The notes: generated by a model from the letters alone, not told the origin. Shown: positions 37,089-50,539, counted from the stretch's first letter. The stretch is 64,000 nucleotides of DNA from Macrostomum lignano (GCA_002269645.1 NIVC01000989.1:186001-250000), one strand, 5' to 3'. Program-made: numbers and translations.

Positions 37089-37180
37089 CGGGTGAGGCAC
37101 TCTTCCAATGGGTGAGGCACTCTTCCAATGGGTGAGGCACTCTTCCAACGGGTGAGGCACTCTTCCAACGGGTGAGGCCA
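37088..37180. repeat. 20-bp repeat (ACGGGTGAGGCACTCTTCCA)n
   Basis: About 4.5 units starting at the stop codon. Confidence 0.9.
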
Positions 37181-38278
37181 TTGCTATTTGCCTGTCTGCT
37201 AGAACTTTTTTTCTCAATTTACTGATTGTAACTTCGAATACTACTACAGTGGCTACTAAGTAGTAGTTCAATCGCTATTTTAAATCCGATTTTCTGGTGC
37301 AGAGTCAGGTTTTGGAGAAGTCTTTCGTCTTTAAAACTTTATTGCCAGTTTAATCTGCTCTCGCGTCATAAAACCACAAAAACCAGATAATTTTTTATAT
37401 CTCTAGGCCCTACATAAAGTAGCGAGTCGAGTAGAGAATTTGGATATTTTGCTTCTCTTTTCATTGGAATTGTAGTTCGAATTCAAACTAGCTTATTGTA
37501 CAGTACAAATTTGCTTCTTTTTTACTTTTTAAATTTGTTTGATGTTAATCGAATTTTGTTGAAACCTGAACATACGTCTTGCCTTGCCGCCCACTGGGTC
37601 GTCAAACTCCACAATTAATATGAAAACAAAAACAATTTTTGCGTTTTCCAAAATACAATGCGCCTTAGGAAAATATTCATTTTTTCTTGCTATTTTTGAA
37701 TTGCCAAAGTTGGAAACAACTAATCTTTGCCTTTCCATCTTTTTGTATTTGGTTAATTGTCACAGTGAATAATTGAAAAAAGGAATATCTGTCAGTCAGT
37801 TAGGCGTCATCAAGGCTAATAAATATTATGATTTTATAATTTTATAAACATGTAAAGATTGCTTTCGTCAGTCAAGTTGATAATTACGCCAATCAAATGG
37901 GGATAATAAGGAAGAGGGAGCAGCCCATTTGGGCCTTCGCGCATTTAATTTAATCCAAGATTCATTTGCCAATGCAATGGGGCTTTTGTCTATGGTAGCA
38001 AGGGGTTTCAGAAAGCTATATTAAAAACAGCACTAATTGTCAAAAGTTTTGTGCCCAAAATTGTCTATGGCGAAGTGGAGTTTCTGTAACTGGCTTTGAT
38101 TGGCTTTATTGTCTTTGGCCGAGTGTAGATCTGTGGCAGTGGCTTTTATTATCAGCAAAAGTCCACAACACCCTGCGGTTTATGTACAGAGGAAGACTAT
38201 AAAATAAAAATACATTAGATTTTTAAAAAGACATTAGATTACATTAGAAAATAAAAGATTAGCACCTGCTACTAATTT

Positions 38279-41200
38279 TCAAATGTAGGCGGTTACCAAC
38301 AATTCAAAGCCATTGATTGTTTGGTCTCCGTTAGGTGAGACCAAGTGATGCAGCTGGCACAGCAGTTCGCGCAGCTTCGCAGTTGTCAACCCAGCAGCGT
38401 ACTCAATGACTGGCCAATCGGCTGATACCTGCTGCTTAACGTCAATTGCTACCAGAGCTCTCATGCTGAGTCGTCTCTGTGCTAGAACTCTTTGACGAAT
38501 GTCCGACAGAATGTCTGACAGCACTGGCAGCTGGTCACGGCGAGACTGGATAATTTCGAGTTGTCGGATTACTTTTAATCATTCATAACTCGTGATCTGG
38601 GAAAAGCCAGCAGTTTCTGCACACTAAGTAGTTACGTACGCAGTCACACAAGCTCACACAGGATGTAAAACGGCCCTGACTTTCTCACCGAGAGATAATT
38701 GTACACAGTTCTTACCATGCGAAAAATGTTGACTGCCTGACTAAAGTAGACACTGTACTCCACAACCAAATAGCTTTGAGTGAACATTGCCAGCTGCAAG
38801 GTGACTTGGCGTTCACGAGTTCTCAACTCAACAGATGCATTGATTACACCGGCCGATGGCGAGCTTGACGCGGATGCTGTGGGGGGAGATCCGGTTAAGA
38901 ATGTTAAGTTAAGTTAAGAATCTCCGCCGCCCCTCCCCATCTACCGAGTGCACCTGTTAAACCAAACCCATCTGGACGTCTCACCCGGCCAAAGCTCCGG
39001 CGTGGCAGAGTAGAACAGCTCCATGAACTGCACAAACTGCAACTCATCCTTGATATCTCGAGCAGCCAGGGTCTCGGCGCTGTCACCAGCAGCATTTCGC
39101 TTGTCGGGACTGGCGCCAGCGCTCAGCAAGAATTGAACCAGTCCAAGGTGGCCTCCAGTGGTGGCTCTGGTCAGCCAAGTCTCGCCATCTGCCGGGTCGA
39201 TGGCGTCAATATCGACACCAAGCCGATCAGTGAGCAGGTTCAATAGTTTCACGTTGAACTGGGGAACTGCCATTGACAGCAGGCGTCTGGGAAGACCTTC
39301 AATAAATTCATCGGAACAGAAATCGAAGCTGAACACTATCAGAGCTTCCAGGATTCTTCTGTGACCAGCCTCGACAGCAAATTCAAGAAGCTGCTGGTGC
39401 TGCTGTTCGCGATGATGTCGCTGACGATGCCAGTCCTCTCGACGCTGGTAGCATAGTCTGTCAAGTCAGCCGGGTCGGTAATAAAAAAGGTGATGTTTTT
39501 TACATGACAATCTTTACTAGCTCATCTAGACTTTTTGCGACGCAATTATCACTATGGAGCCTTAAAGTCGTATCTGAGGCGTGCAAGAGTCGCTTTAGAA
39601 GCCTTGAGGCACACTCAGTGCTTCTGCGCATCTGCACATCTTCTGCGCATCTGCACATCTTCGTCACTTAATGAATTAGAATCGCATTTCACATTTATAT
39701 CAACTCTATTATTTAGTCAACTTGACTTAGTAGAAAGTTATGCGTTAGCACAGCGACAGCGAATTTTTTGCGACTGGCAATTCTTTACAACTCACGTGAT
39801 GCGCTCGTGACTCAACAGTCACCTCTCCGTCGCATTTCAGTCGTTTTAGCTGTTAAAAAGTCACAGGAGTCACCCCAGAGTCAATAGAGTTACTGGTGAG
39901 TTGTTTGCAATGACTATTTAGCGATTCTTAGCACGGTAACGTTTTCAACGGGGTTGGGCCGCCTCGAAAGGGTCAAATTCAGCTGCGTACTAACTCCAAT
40001 CGACTAGTCTCTGTTGTTATCGAATACTGTTGAAATTCTGTCTCTTTGACTTTGAGTTTCAGAGAAGAACATCGGTAATGATACTGCATGGTCGGTAATC
40101 GGTAATGTATAAATATGATATTCTGCTGGTTACTTCTCAGGATTTTGGAAAAAAACTTACTTTGAAATTTCAATACATCCGTTTCATACATCGAAGTAGC
40201 AACTCGATGGTGCGCAGGACACACACGGCTACTGCTTCACTCACCTAGCCAGAACTTCAGCCTCCCATCCGCGTTGCACAGCGAGTCCCAGCAGACTGAC
40301 GCCGGAGTCTCCCAGGCTCGGCAGCGGCAGAATTTGTTGAGCTTTGCATCCGCGATGACCCGCCAAGCAGCGCAGCACGTTTAGGCAGCTTCTTTCGGCG
40401 AGCAACTGCGACGGCGTTCGGCCAGTCTTGTCCGTCCTGTCCAACGGGCCGCCGCGTCTGGCGATGAGCTGCAAAACTGCGCAGGCTGTGGCCTCGTCCG
40501 GGCAGTGGGCGCAGCACAGGTGAGCCAAGGTCAAGTCTGAGTGGCTTTTAACCGAGGCTGAGCACTTTCCTTCGATCAGTAGGTAACGTAGAGCCGACAG
40601 TTTCCCTAGCGCGGCGGCCCAGAAAGTTGGAGTGAAGCCATGACGGTCGCGATGATCCAGGGTGGCGCCAGCAGCCTTCAGATAGCGCAGAATCGCCTCT
40701 GTGGCGTCGGGATTTTCGCAGAGGATGGCAGCGACGGGCAGAGTTAGCGACAGCAAGCCGTCTTTGGCGCCGCAGAGTCCGCTTGGAATTGAGGCTGTTG
40801 GGAGCTGCTCAACAAGGGTTAACGAGATTAGTGACTGTCTTTAATATTATAGAAACAAAGAGGACAATGAAAATTCATTTGTCTCGAGAGGGTTCATGCG
40901 TAACTCTTGGGCAAGCAAGTGTAGCCATGCTCAAAAGTACAAAAATATTCCTTACGTTGATCTCTCCGGGGTGACAGTCGAATACGAAGTTCAAATTAAT
41001 TCCGCAATTTTTAACCGCTGCATCGAGCAGGTCAATGCGACCCAGAGCTGTCTTATTGATCAGGCAGTGCTGTATAACATAGTCGCTGGCGGTCTTGTAA
41101 ATAATAGGCGGTGGCTTCTTGTTCATTGCGCCCAGTGACCCGGCTACCACCTCTTGTAAGTCGATGGAAGCAAGTATCCAAACTGATTGAACAGCTTTGC

Positions 41201-42104
41201 AGACTTCCTGTTAAGTTTTAGAGGACTCTTCTTGTCGTTTAAACAAAGGGAATATCGAACGAACGAACGAACGAACGAACGAACGAACGAACGAACGAAC
41301 GAACGAACGAACGAACGAACGAACGAACGAACAAACAAACGAACGAACGAACGAACAAACGAACGAACGAACGAACGAACGAACGAACGAACGAACGAAC
41401 GAACGAACGAACGAACAAACAAACGAACGAACGAACAAACGAACGAACGAACGAACGAACGAACGAACGAACGAACGAATGAATGAATGAACGAATGAAT
41501 GAACGAACGAACGAACACACAAACAAAAGAATGGACAAATAAAAAAGAATGAAAAGCAGTCAAAACAGAACCAGAGAACGAATATATGTAAAACGTGCAC
41601 CCAACTACCGGTACTATCTACCTTTGCAGCACCGTAGGCTAGCACAATCTTCATGATCTCGTTAGCATCACGAACAGCTCGACTCGCTACAGCTCCGTAC
41701 AACGCGTAATGAATCAACGATACACCTTCGAAATCAGTGAATTCGTTCTCGTCAGTCAGCAGAGTGGGATCCGCTAGCAGCAGTTCGCGTACAATCTCGG
41801 GAGATCCGTGAGACACCGCTCGCATCAGCGCGGACTTGCCGCGATTGTCTCGCATAGCCGGATTGGCCCCGTGTTCGAGCAGAAGCTTGGTGCAAGCCAG
41901 GTGATTATAGCCACAGGTAATGTGAAGCGGTGTCTTACCATTTCTAGCCCTAAACTTGATGTTGGGATCCACCATGCCAGCCTGTAGAATCATTCTGACA
42001 GCGCTTGTGTTGTTCTCTTCAAGAGCTGATACGAATGTCGCCATCAGTTCGGCGGCCGCGCGATCTCGGGGCGACCCGAATAGCCAGCCTCGAAAAAGAT
42101 CCAT
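38279..42104 (-). CDS. multi-exon ankyrin-repeat protein (~731 aa)
   Basis: Exons 42104-41622, 41207-40956, 40804-40245, 39457-38985, 38876-38716 and 38545 (or 38596)-38279, phases 0,0,2,1,0. Ankyrin motifs GKTPLHITCG, GKSALMRAV, GFTPTFWAA, GRTPSQL, GETWLTRA...GHLGLVQFLLSAGA. Confidence 0.78.
41258..41520. repeat. (GAAC)n microsatellite
   Basis: About 65 units in ankyrin gene intron 1. Confidence 0.98.
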
Positions 42105-42954
42105 TTGTTGTTGCTTCTAGAATCTTCTTTATAATATTGCTCTGTGTAGCTGGCGCTCTTATGATTGCAGTCGAATCTTTTTTTGGTTTCAGCTTCCCTC
42201 ACAAATACGAGTAAAAGTTAAATAACTGAACTATATAAACAACGTACTGAACAATAGACGAGGGTTGAAATAAATTTTCGTTTTCGTTTTCCTACTGCAC
42301 TGCACTAATTGTGGCGTACATTCAGACTAATCTCTCTACTGTACTGTGTAGTACATGCAAGTTGCTGCACAAGAAAGTTTTAATGTACAGTTGCACGTGC
42401 GCGACTACGTACAGTAAAGCGATTGGGGTGTGTAGAAAATACCCCTGCCTATCTTAATAAAATAGCTGGCGGTGCCTCTAAAAGCGGAATTCAAACAGCG
42501 CACATTTAATTATTGTTCCTTGTATTGAATGTACGCGAGGATTTGGTATACTCTTGCACTTTTTCTACGAAATCGAATCAAACTGCTCTGATATATGGCA
42601 AACAGCTGTTGCAGCAGTAGACTGTGTCTAAAATTATTGCTCGGCTCTAAAAGCTGTGGCTGCATGTCTCACGACTTTCTTATCGTCAATTTCTTCAGTT
42701 CATCTGCACTTGTCTCTATTTACCTGTTTTCTCTGTCTCTCTTTCCGCTCCATGCTCCTAGCTCAACAGAAATAAATACATAGTTTAGTTACCTTTTTTC
42801 TATTTAGAAACAACATGTACCTCTTCCGAATGGTCTTAGACAAATGTGGCTTTAAAATCGCATTTGAATCTCAGGGGATAGCCTGCAGGACGCTTGAAGG
42901 ACTTTCGGCACTCTACCTACATGTAATTTAATTGGCAAAATTATATCATGGCGC

Positions 42955-43335
42955 CCCTGGTGCTAAAGCCCTTGGTGCTAAAGCCCCTGATGCGGAAGTC
43001 CTTGGTGCTAAAGCCCCTCCTGGTGCTAAAGCCCTGGTGCTAAAGCCCCTGATGCGGAAGCCCTTGGTGCTAAAGCCCCTGGTGCTAAAGCCCTGTTGCT
43101 AAAGCCCCTGATGCGGAAGCCCTTGGTGCTAAAGCCCTGGTGCTAAAGCCCCTGATGCGGAAGCCCTTGGTGCTAAAGCCCCTGGTGCTAAAGCCCTGGT
43201 GCTAAAGCCCTGGTGCGCTCTAAAGCCCCTAGTGCTAAAGCTCCAGCTTGGTGCTAAAGCCCCTGGTGCTAAGGCCCTCAGGTGTTAAAGCCCTGGTGCT
43301 ACATGTAAAGCCCAGGTGCTATAAAGCCCTGGTAT
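42955..43335. repeat. (GGTGCTAAAGCCCCT)n minisatellite with GATGCGGAAG interruptions
   Basis: Tandem 14-16-bp units. Confidence 0.9.
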
Positions 43336-43676
43336 CCATAATTCACCGTCGTAGTTTATCCTCATCCATGCACATTTTATGCATGTACATGTAACAAAAA
43401 AGACAGACGTCGTCTACCTAAGAGCATATATATGTCGTAGTTATAGTCATGCAGGGCCATATCATTGTAGTGGGGGGAAAAAGTAAGAAAAGCGAAGCGC
43501 GTTGTTCTTGCGTTTGCAGTTAAAACGCACTACGTACATGATGTAGGCAGTCGACGACTGTGCGAAATATCTTTGTGTACGTGTTTGCGTTCCGCTTCTG
43601 TGACTCTTGTCTAGTTGAAAAGAAGCAAGCGAGCAAAAAGATTTTTGGAGTATATTTGGTAGGCATATGTCTATAG

Positions 43677-44087
43677 CTTTTACGTCGCCAAGGATTTGGG
43701 GACAAAGCCAAGAATTCAACATGTACGTCATGCACATAACTATAAATTCCTAACATGTCCATAATTCTGAGAATCGTGTTGTCAGCGCTTATTTTGGCCC
43801 TGATTTAAATTGGCTTTGCAGGCACTCATTTCAAGGGCATCAGGCATGTTCCTTTAAGCGCCGCAGGCAGCTCATTTTAGCCTCCTTGGTGCCGCAGGCG
43901 CTCCTTTTAACGCCGTTATAGACACTCATTTTGGCGTCGAAGGCGCTATATTTTGGCGCCCTGAAGAAAAATTATTGATTACCACAACGAGTCACAAAGG
44001 GGGGGGGTTAAACCATATATTTGGCCTGTCGGCCCCCCCCCCCAAAAGCTTTTTCCGGGGCGTGTCTCCCCGGTGTCGACGCGCATG
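43677..44087 (-). mobile_element. diverged copy of the hAT-like element (reverse orientation)
   Basis: Reverse-complement matches to the 31371-32264 internal sequence (GAGAATCGTGTTGTCAGCGCT, GAAGGCGCTATATTTTGGC). Ends in TGTCGACGCGCATG. No TSD recovered. Confidence 0.7.
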
Positions 44088-45606
44088 AGTAAATTGCATG
44101 GTCTCTAAGAAGTAAAATTATGCTAAATATATTTTACAGCAATTTTGGCGATAGTGGAATGGCCTGTATAGTTATGTGACGAATTTAATCTGGCGCAGCG
44201 TAGCAGTCCTTGGCAGAACAAGACCAAACAGAGAACAGAAAAATACAAGTATAGTAGCGCAGAGCTAGTCCAATATATGCAATTAAACTGATATATTTTT
44301 GCTTGCTTGGTTGGCCAAGTTTATTAATATTTTTTTGAGTAGCGACGAAAACGATTAGTTAATATAATAGATCAAAACGATAGATGATACAGCGAATTGT
44401 GATTGTTGGCTGATAGTTACGATGGGCGCTGAGCAAAATTATCGATTTGTTAAAAATTTATCACTTGCTGACATAATTCATACGAAATATGATACACTTA
44501 CGTAGTAGTCTACTGATAGTGTGACGTTGCTAGTTTAAGGTGGTCCCGCAAAAGGGCCGTTTGACTGTAGTTTCCCTTGCAATTTCTCATTTTAATTTCT
44601 CCAATAGTTTATTTTAACGTTTACTTGTAGTAGCGTGCAAATAATCTGTATCAATGGCTAATTCACTGTGTATTTGGTAGGCCCTGCGTTCGTCTGTAAA
44701 TTTTAGCACGATCGATAATTTCAAGTTCTCTCGCCAGCCAATGAAAACTCTCCGTGTTTTATGCTAACCCTTCTGCGCTCTTTATTAACCCCCGCCTGGC
44801 GGCGGGCTGGGGGCCTCCTCACTTCTGGCTTCGGGCGTCTGGCTCTCGTTTTCCTTCTCTCTCTCCTGGCTGCCTCGAGCCTCCTTATCTCTCGCCACGG
44901 CTCCTCTGTCTGGGCCAGCCTGTTTACACTCTGTACTCCACTGTGTACTGCCACGGCTAACGCCACTCTCACCGCTACTTATCTGCCTGTCTACTTACTA
45001 CTCACTGCCTCCGCTGTGCTCATCGACATCACTCACTACGTTGCGTCGCCATTGTATCCTTTGCCTGCTACTCGACTTCATATTCTAATCACTTCAAAAC
45101 CATTGTTGCAGCCGCCAGTGCCCAGAACACTATAAGTTTTGTATTGATACTGACCAGTCTAATATTGATCTCGACAATAAATTAGCTACGGCAGTTTCCT
45201 GCCCTTATACGCCAAGTGCTCCGCTACACAATCCGCTTTGCAAGAATTGGCTTTGAGTCATTTTGGGACTACAGCAACTTACGACAATTCTCGTCAAACG
45301 GCCCTTCTAAGGGTCATAACCTCTACGCCAATAACGTGACAGAATAGTAAAAAAAATAGTAAATACGTGGACATTTTCCACTAAGTCCCACCGTCACAGT
45401 TAATTGTACTACACCCGAATAATTTGTATGCGTATTTATATTTTATATTTTTTATTTTCTCTTATCATCGATTATTTATAGTTTTTTTAATATCTATCTT
45501 CACTTATGTACAGACAATTTACGCTATAAAACTGGGATGATAAACATTGTGTTATAAAATAATAAAAAGTTCTTTTTTTAAAGTGGGCCTTTTTATATTG
45601 CTTGCT

Positions 45607-45870
45607 CTGGGTGTTGCTATTTCGCGGCCCGTCCCGGCCCGGGCGGCCCCTATTTAGCCAATGTAAATATATTTTAGTAAATAAGTAAAACAAAAAATAC
45701 TGACCAGAATGCCGCATATTTTTTGAGTCAATTGTAAGTTTACTACATTGTAAAATATTAATTGTTAATTTAATGAACTTCTGATGCTCTATTTTTTAAA
45801 TTAAGTTAAAAACCAAAGTAACAAGACCGCCGGGCCGGGCCGGGCCGGGCCGCGAAATAGCAACACCCTG
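45607..45870. mobile_element. hAT-like MITE (~265 bp)
   Basis: TIRs (CT)GGGTGTTGCTATTTCGCGGCCC / GGGCCGCGAAATAGCAACACCCTG, subterminal GGCCC repeats, and flanking direct repeat CTTGCTCT (45601-45608, 45871-45878). Confidence 0.82.
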
Positions 45871-47149
45871 CTTGCTCTGGTTCCAAAACCAGAACCAATT
45901 TGTGAAGTATAACTTTTTGTCTCCATAACTAGAGGGAGATACGTGCTATAAAGTTTTTATTATTGAATGACAATCGCCAAGAAGAAAGTGAAAAATTGTG
46001 CTAAGTTAGGTTGTTAAGGCAGTCAAATATTAACAGTTATACTGCTGTTTTTCTGCTATAGTTTAATAGTTATACTGCTGTTTTTCTTGTTGGAATTCCG
46101 AACCTATTCTGGTTCTGGAATTGGTAATATGAAAAGGCCCAGTGACGCCGGCGCTCTTGTCGCCCGACCGAGGTGAACCGCGCATGAGCTCGCATGTTGC
46201 TGTATGCTGTCCATAAGCAGTTTTCCTGGCATTGGGGACACCGGAAATTGGTCATTTTTAGTGTTCAGAACCTTTGAATTTATAGTTGATAATAACCTAT
46301 ACATACAAATTTGTTCCTAATTCACAGATTTTACCAACTCCAAATCTTTCGTTGGATTTTTTTTAAGTTTAAAACTTTGTCTTTAAACTTCAGTTAGGGG
46401 GCTGCGACCTGCCTAGTCTAGTCCGTGTAAGCTTTTTAAAAGCAAAACTTCATTTGAATGTTCTCAGATTTCATTTAAAGTTTAAATAGCTTCTGTTTTC
46501 AATTAAAGAAACCTAGATTGGGGGTTAAGTCTTACTATAGTCATAGACAATACTGCATACTTTTATATCTAAAATCTATGTCAGTATTGCGATAATAATT
46601 GAATTTTTTGCATTGCAATAGTAAATGCCCTTTTTGTATTATTTAGGCCTAAAAGATCTTTTTTGGCAAATAATTTTGGTTGCATAATTATCTTTCTTGT
46701 TTATACTACTATCTATAGCAGAAAATTGAATAAATAAATACAATATATATATATATATATATAAACTTTTGTTAAAAAGCCTTAAAAATTCACAGCCTTA
46801 ATAAGCTTGAAAATTGGAAAGCTTGAAATTTACACTAAAAAATAAAATTTTCAATTTTTTCCACTTAATATTATCTTTTCTACATGATTTTATGAAGTTT
46901 ATGGGAGGTGTATATGCATATTATTTTCTTAGAAGTCATGCAATAATGCATACCAAGTTTTAGTATTAGCCTAGTATGCTAGAATTGGGGATAAATATTC
47001 AATTTATACTACCATAAAGGGTATGCTTTAGAACTACTCCTAGTTCTAGTGGTGTGAGTGTCTAAGTGGCAAAACACTGTCTAATTAGTCCAAGGGAGTA
47101 GAGACCATAGTCAGGAAAGTGCGCCATGTGCGCTGGAATAAATTTTCTT

Positions 47150-48060
47150 TTTTTTCTAGCCTGCTGCTGCTAAAAGTGGCCAACAAATAGACAGCAAGGT
47201 GTCAATTTTTCATGGCAATCAATGACCTTACTAACACAATACTTCCTCAAAGCCCACTGTTGAAGATCATTAAAAAGGGCCACAATGTGGTTGAAGACTG
47301 CTCTTGATTGCCAGTGTAAAATAGGCATGCTGCCTTATTTAGCAGTAGCTAGCATTCCCGCATGTTAATCTTTGGGAGCATCCAGCACAGCTTTGCTCTC
47401 AGAGCCAAGGTCAAGTTCCTTTGTCCACCCTGCTGCTCCTGGGAGCCCATTATTGAATAAAAGGTCTCAATGATAGCTTCTGAAATAAATGAAAGTGAGG
47501 GTTTAATTCTATGATCATGGCTAATCCTGGTTATAGCATGCATTTGTAAATGCAAGAACAAAGTTGGTACATAAAAAACTCCTACCTGTGCCACCACAGT
47601 GAAGGATGAAGTCTAGTAAACAACAGGCTGCTCGACCTGCAACTTTGAAAAGGTGGGGATTCCTGTATATTGATTGATAGACTGCTGCCTCATTCAGCCA
47701 CACATTGTGTCTGTAGCTAGATTCCATGGTGACAAGTAGATGCAAGTTCAATAAGTCAAGTTGTGAGGTTGATTCAGCAACTTTAGAAATGTGTCTAGCA
47801 ACAGGAGGCTCAAGCCAACACTCATGGCCAATACCTGACAAGAAGGCCTTGTGAATCAATGATATATAATCAGCCAAATATTTTCAATGCAGCTTGGCTG
47901 TTAGTTGCTTATTCTTGTGATGCTCAGCCTGCTAGACAAAGCGCTTTATAGCAGTTGAGTTGAGGTTGTAAATTTCTCTGTATTGACATCTAGGTCAGTT
48001 GAGGTCAGCAATAGAATGACTGCAGCAGCATCATTTAGCATTAGCATCAGCAGTTGCCTA
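47150..48060 (-). pseudogene. fossil intron-containing transposase-like gene
   Basis: One frame persists from ~48060 to 47586 with scattered TGA/TAG stops. A 106-bp GT-AG intron (47585-47480) joins the two listed ORFs into LDFILHCGGT-EAIIETFYSIMGSQEQQGGQRNLTLALRAKLCW. A later TAG and a frameshift precede KYCVSKVID. Confidence 0.55.
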
Positions 48061-49347
48061 GGAAATTGGGTGCAGTGCACTAATGGGGAATTCTAATAGG
48101 TAATAAATAATTGTAGTATAGAGGTTAGGATGCTCAGTAGAAAATTTAGTAAGAGGGCAGAATGCATAATAGAGCATTAAGTAAGAAGGCAAGATACCTA
48201 ATGAACAAGGGGGGTTCTTTGGCAGGGGAGGGCAGAAACACCTGGGATATAAGTAGAATGCCTGGGCAGACAGTGTCTAGACGAGGGAATAAGGCTATAT
48301 ACCTGAATAGATAGAACAGCTAAAAAAAGGGGAAGAAATATAATATGCTTGTTCAGCTAGGTAGGGGAGAATAGGCAAGTTGCTTGGGAAAAGGGAGGCT
48401 GTATATCCTTGGGAAAGGGGGATAAAGAGCTATGTGCCTCGGACTATATAATACTTTCTAGGAAAAAGAAAAAGAAAACACCTTTAAATGAAGAGACTGA
48501 CTCAAGTCTATTTTTAAAAACAAAATATTTAGTAAAGCCTCTAAGTAGGGATAGTAGCCCCAAATCCCAGAACTATTTTTGTTATTATTTTTACAAAAAG
48601 TATTGTAATATCAACATAATTGGGGCTACAACTACTTTATTATGCTGCGCTAATTTCCATTAAAGTTCCTCATACTGTGTGGCACCTTTTTAAACCCTGC
48701 ATTATAGATTTAAATGTTAAATTTATTCCAATGTAAATTTTAATACATGATTAGCTTCTCTACTATTAATTAATACTTTTTTAATACTTACTTAATACGT
48801 TACAAGATAATGCTGTTTTTTATCTACATAAAAATGGAAGCAAAAATCAGTTTAGCGCATATTCTGCCTTAAAATTTCAACCCAAAAGCTTATAAATCTG
48901 TATTTTTCTGATCCTGGGATTGAATCCCAGGATTGGCCAAATTCTGGGATTTGTTCCTGGGATCCTAGGATCGCAAAAAATAGGATTTTGCAATTCCTAC
49001 CTATTAATACAATGCTAAAGAGGCAAAAGCCAAGGCAAGGCAAGCCAGGTTGGTCTTTAATGATATATTTTTGTTTGTATATATATAGAAAAAGTTATAG
49101 ATATTAGACTAATTTTAATAAAGTTTCACCATAGATAAGCTTCTATACAAGTATTATTTGGCTGGGCAGATGAGTATTATTTGGCTTGATTTTCAAAGAA
49201 AGAGGTATTTATTATTTTTAAGTACAATACTTATAAAATAAAATGTGCATAATAAGGCAGTTATAAGCATGGAGCAAAGGCAAATACTAACATACAAACT
49301 ACTAAAGAAAAGCAAGGAATATATGTTTTTATGAGAAATAATTATAA

Positions 49348-50133
49348 GGCTCATTCCATATAAGCATGGTCATAACATGACAGGTTATTTTTACTTATAA
49401 AATGAAATCTAATAATAGAATATACTAAACCAATATTTTAAATGAAAGATTATTTTGTCTAGAATATATTTATAGAGTTTCATATAGATATCATCATTAG
49501 TATAGATGCTATTAAACCTTAAATGACACTTATGGTCGTAACGACAGGATTTTTGACATATAGAAACTAAAAGCTAAAAGTCTTATAACATTTTTCATTT
49601 TTGATATTTTGCAATACATTTTTAAAATTTGACTAAGAACATCTTTAGAAATCATACTCTTTTATTAGAATATATAAACTCAAAAGGCAACAAAGATACA
49701 AAAGAAAAGGCAGCCTTATGGTCGTAACATTATGGTCGTAACATATTTTTTTCTGTCAATTCAGTAACTTTGAGGTACTAATACATTAAAAATATAATAG
49801 ATTATTTGGTCACCAATGCTTTTATCTGATGATGCAAGTACTATACTTTTATCTATAGTTTGTTTCAACCTTCAAAAGCTTTCTAATTGTTTTTAAAAGG
49901 TACAAAATCTTAATGATGTCTTTTGCTTCGAAAAATGTCCAAATTTTTACAAAAATGACTTTTTGCCAATTGATAACATACTAATCCAACATTTTACCAT
50001 TCCTTTATTCTTAGATTGTATATATTGCACAATATAAACATTTGGTAAAAAAATAGGCTAATTAGGCAATGGCAAGCAAAAATATTGACTTTTTTCTATT
50101 TTCCAAATATGTCCATCTTATATGGAATGAGCC
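49348..50133. mobile_element. non-autonomous DNA transposon, 17-bp TIR, 4-bp TSD
   Basis: Perfect TIR GGCTCATTCCATATAAG / CTTATATGGAATGAGCC with ATAA on both flanks (49344-49347, 50134-50137). Internal repeated motif ATGGTCGTAAC. Confidence 0.78.
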
Positions 50134-50539
50134 ATAAGGATATTTTAAAAATTTACTATTGCCTTAGATGTTTAAATTTTATATCATGTTTCTTTGAAAT
50201 ATTGCAAAGACTTTGCATGACTCAAGATACCAGGGATCTCATTATGGAAAATTAATTTTATTAAGTTTTGTAGCTAATTATATTCTTTCTTTTAAAAGTC
50301 ATTTTGTCTGCAAGCAGATAAAAAGGTGGCAAACAAAATGAATGCATATAGGACACCTATTGTGGCACCAATTCAAACTTGAAAATAATATGAAAGAACA
50401 ATATAGGTTGCAATATAATGGGCCGCCCTATTCAAATTTATTTTTTGATTTATAGACTTAATTTCTAGTAGTGTAAGTATAGACCTATCATAATTTTCTA
50501 GTTGTGCTGTTTTCTTTATTATATTATCTTTAACACCAA

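Noticed and set aside
48180-48420. Faint resemblance to the 44755-45129 putative LTR
   Set aside because: Similarity is limited to a few short words and cannot be distinguished from chance by eye.
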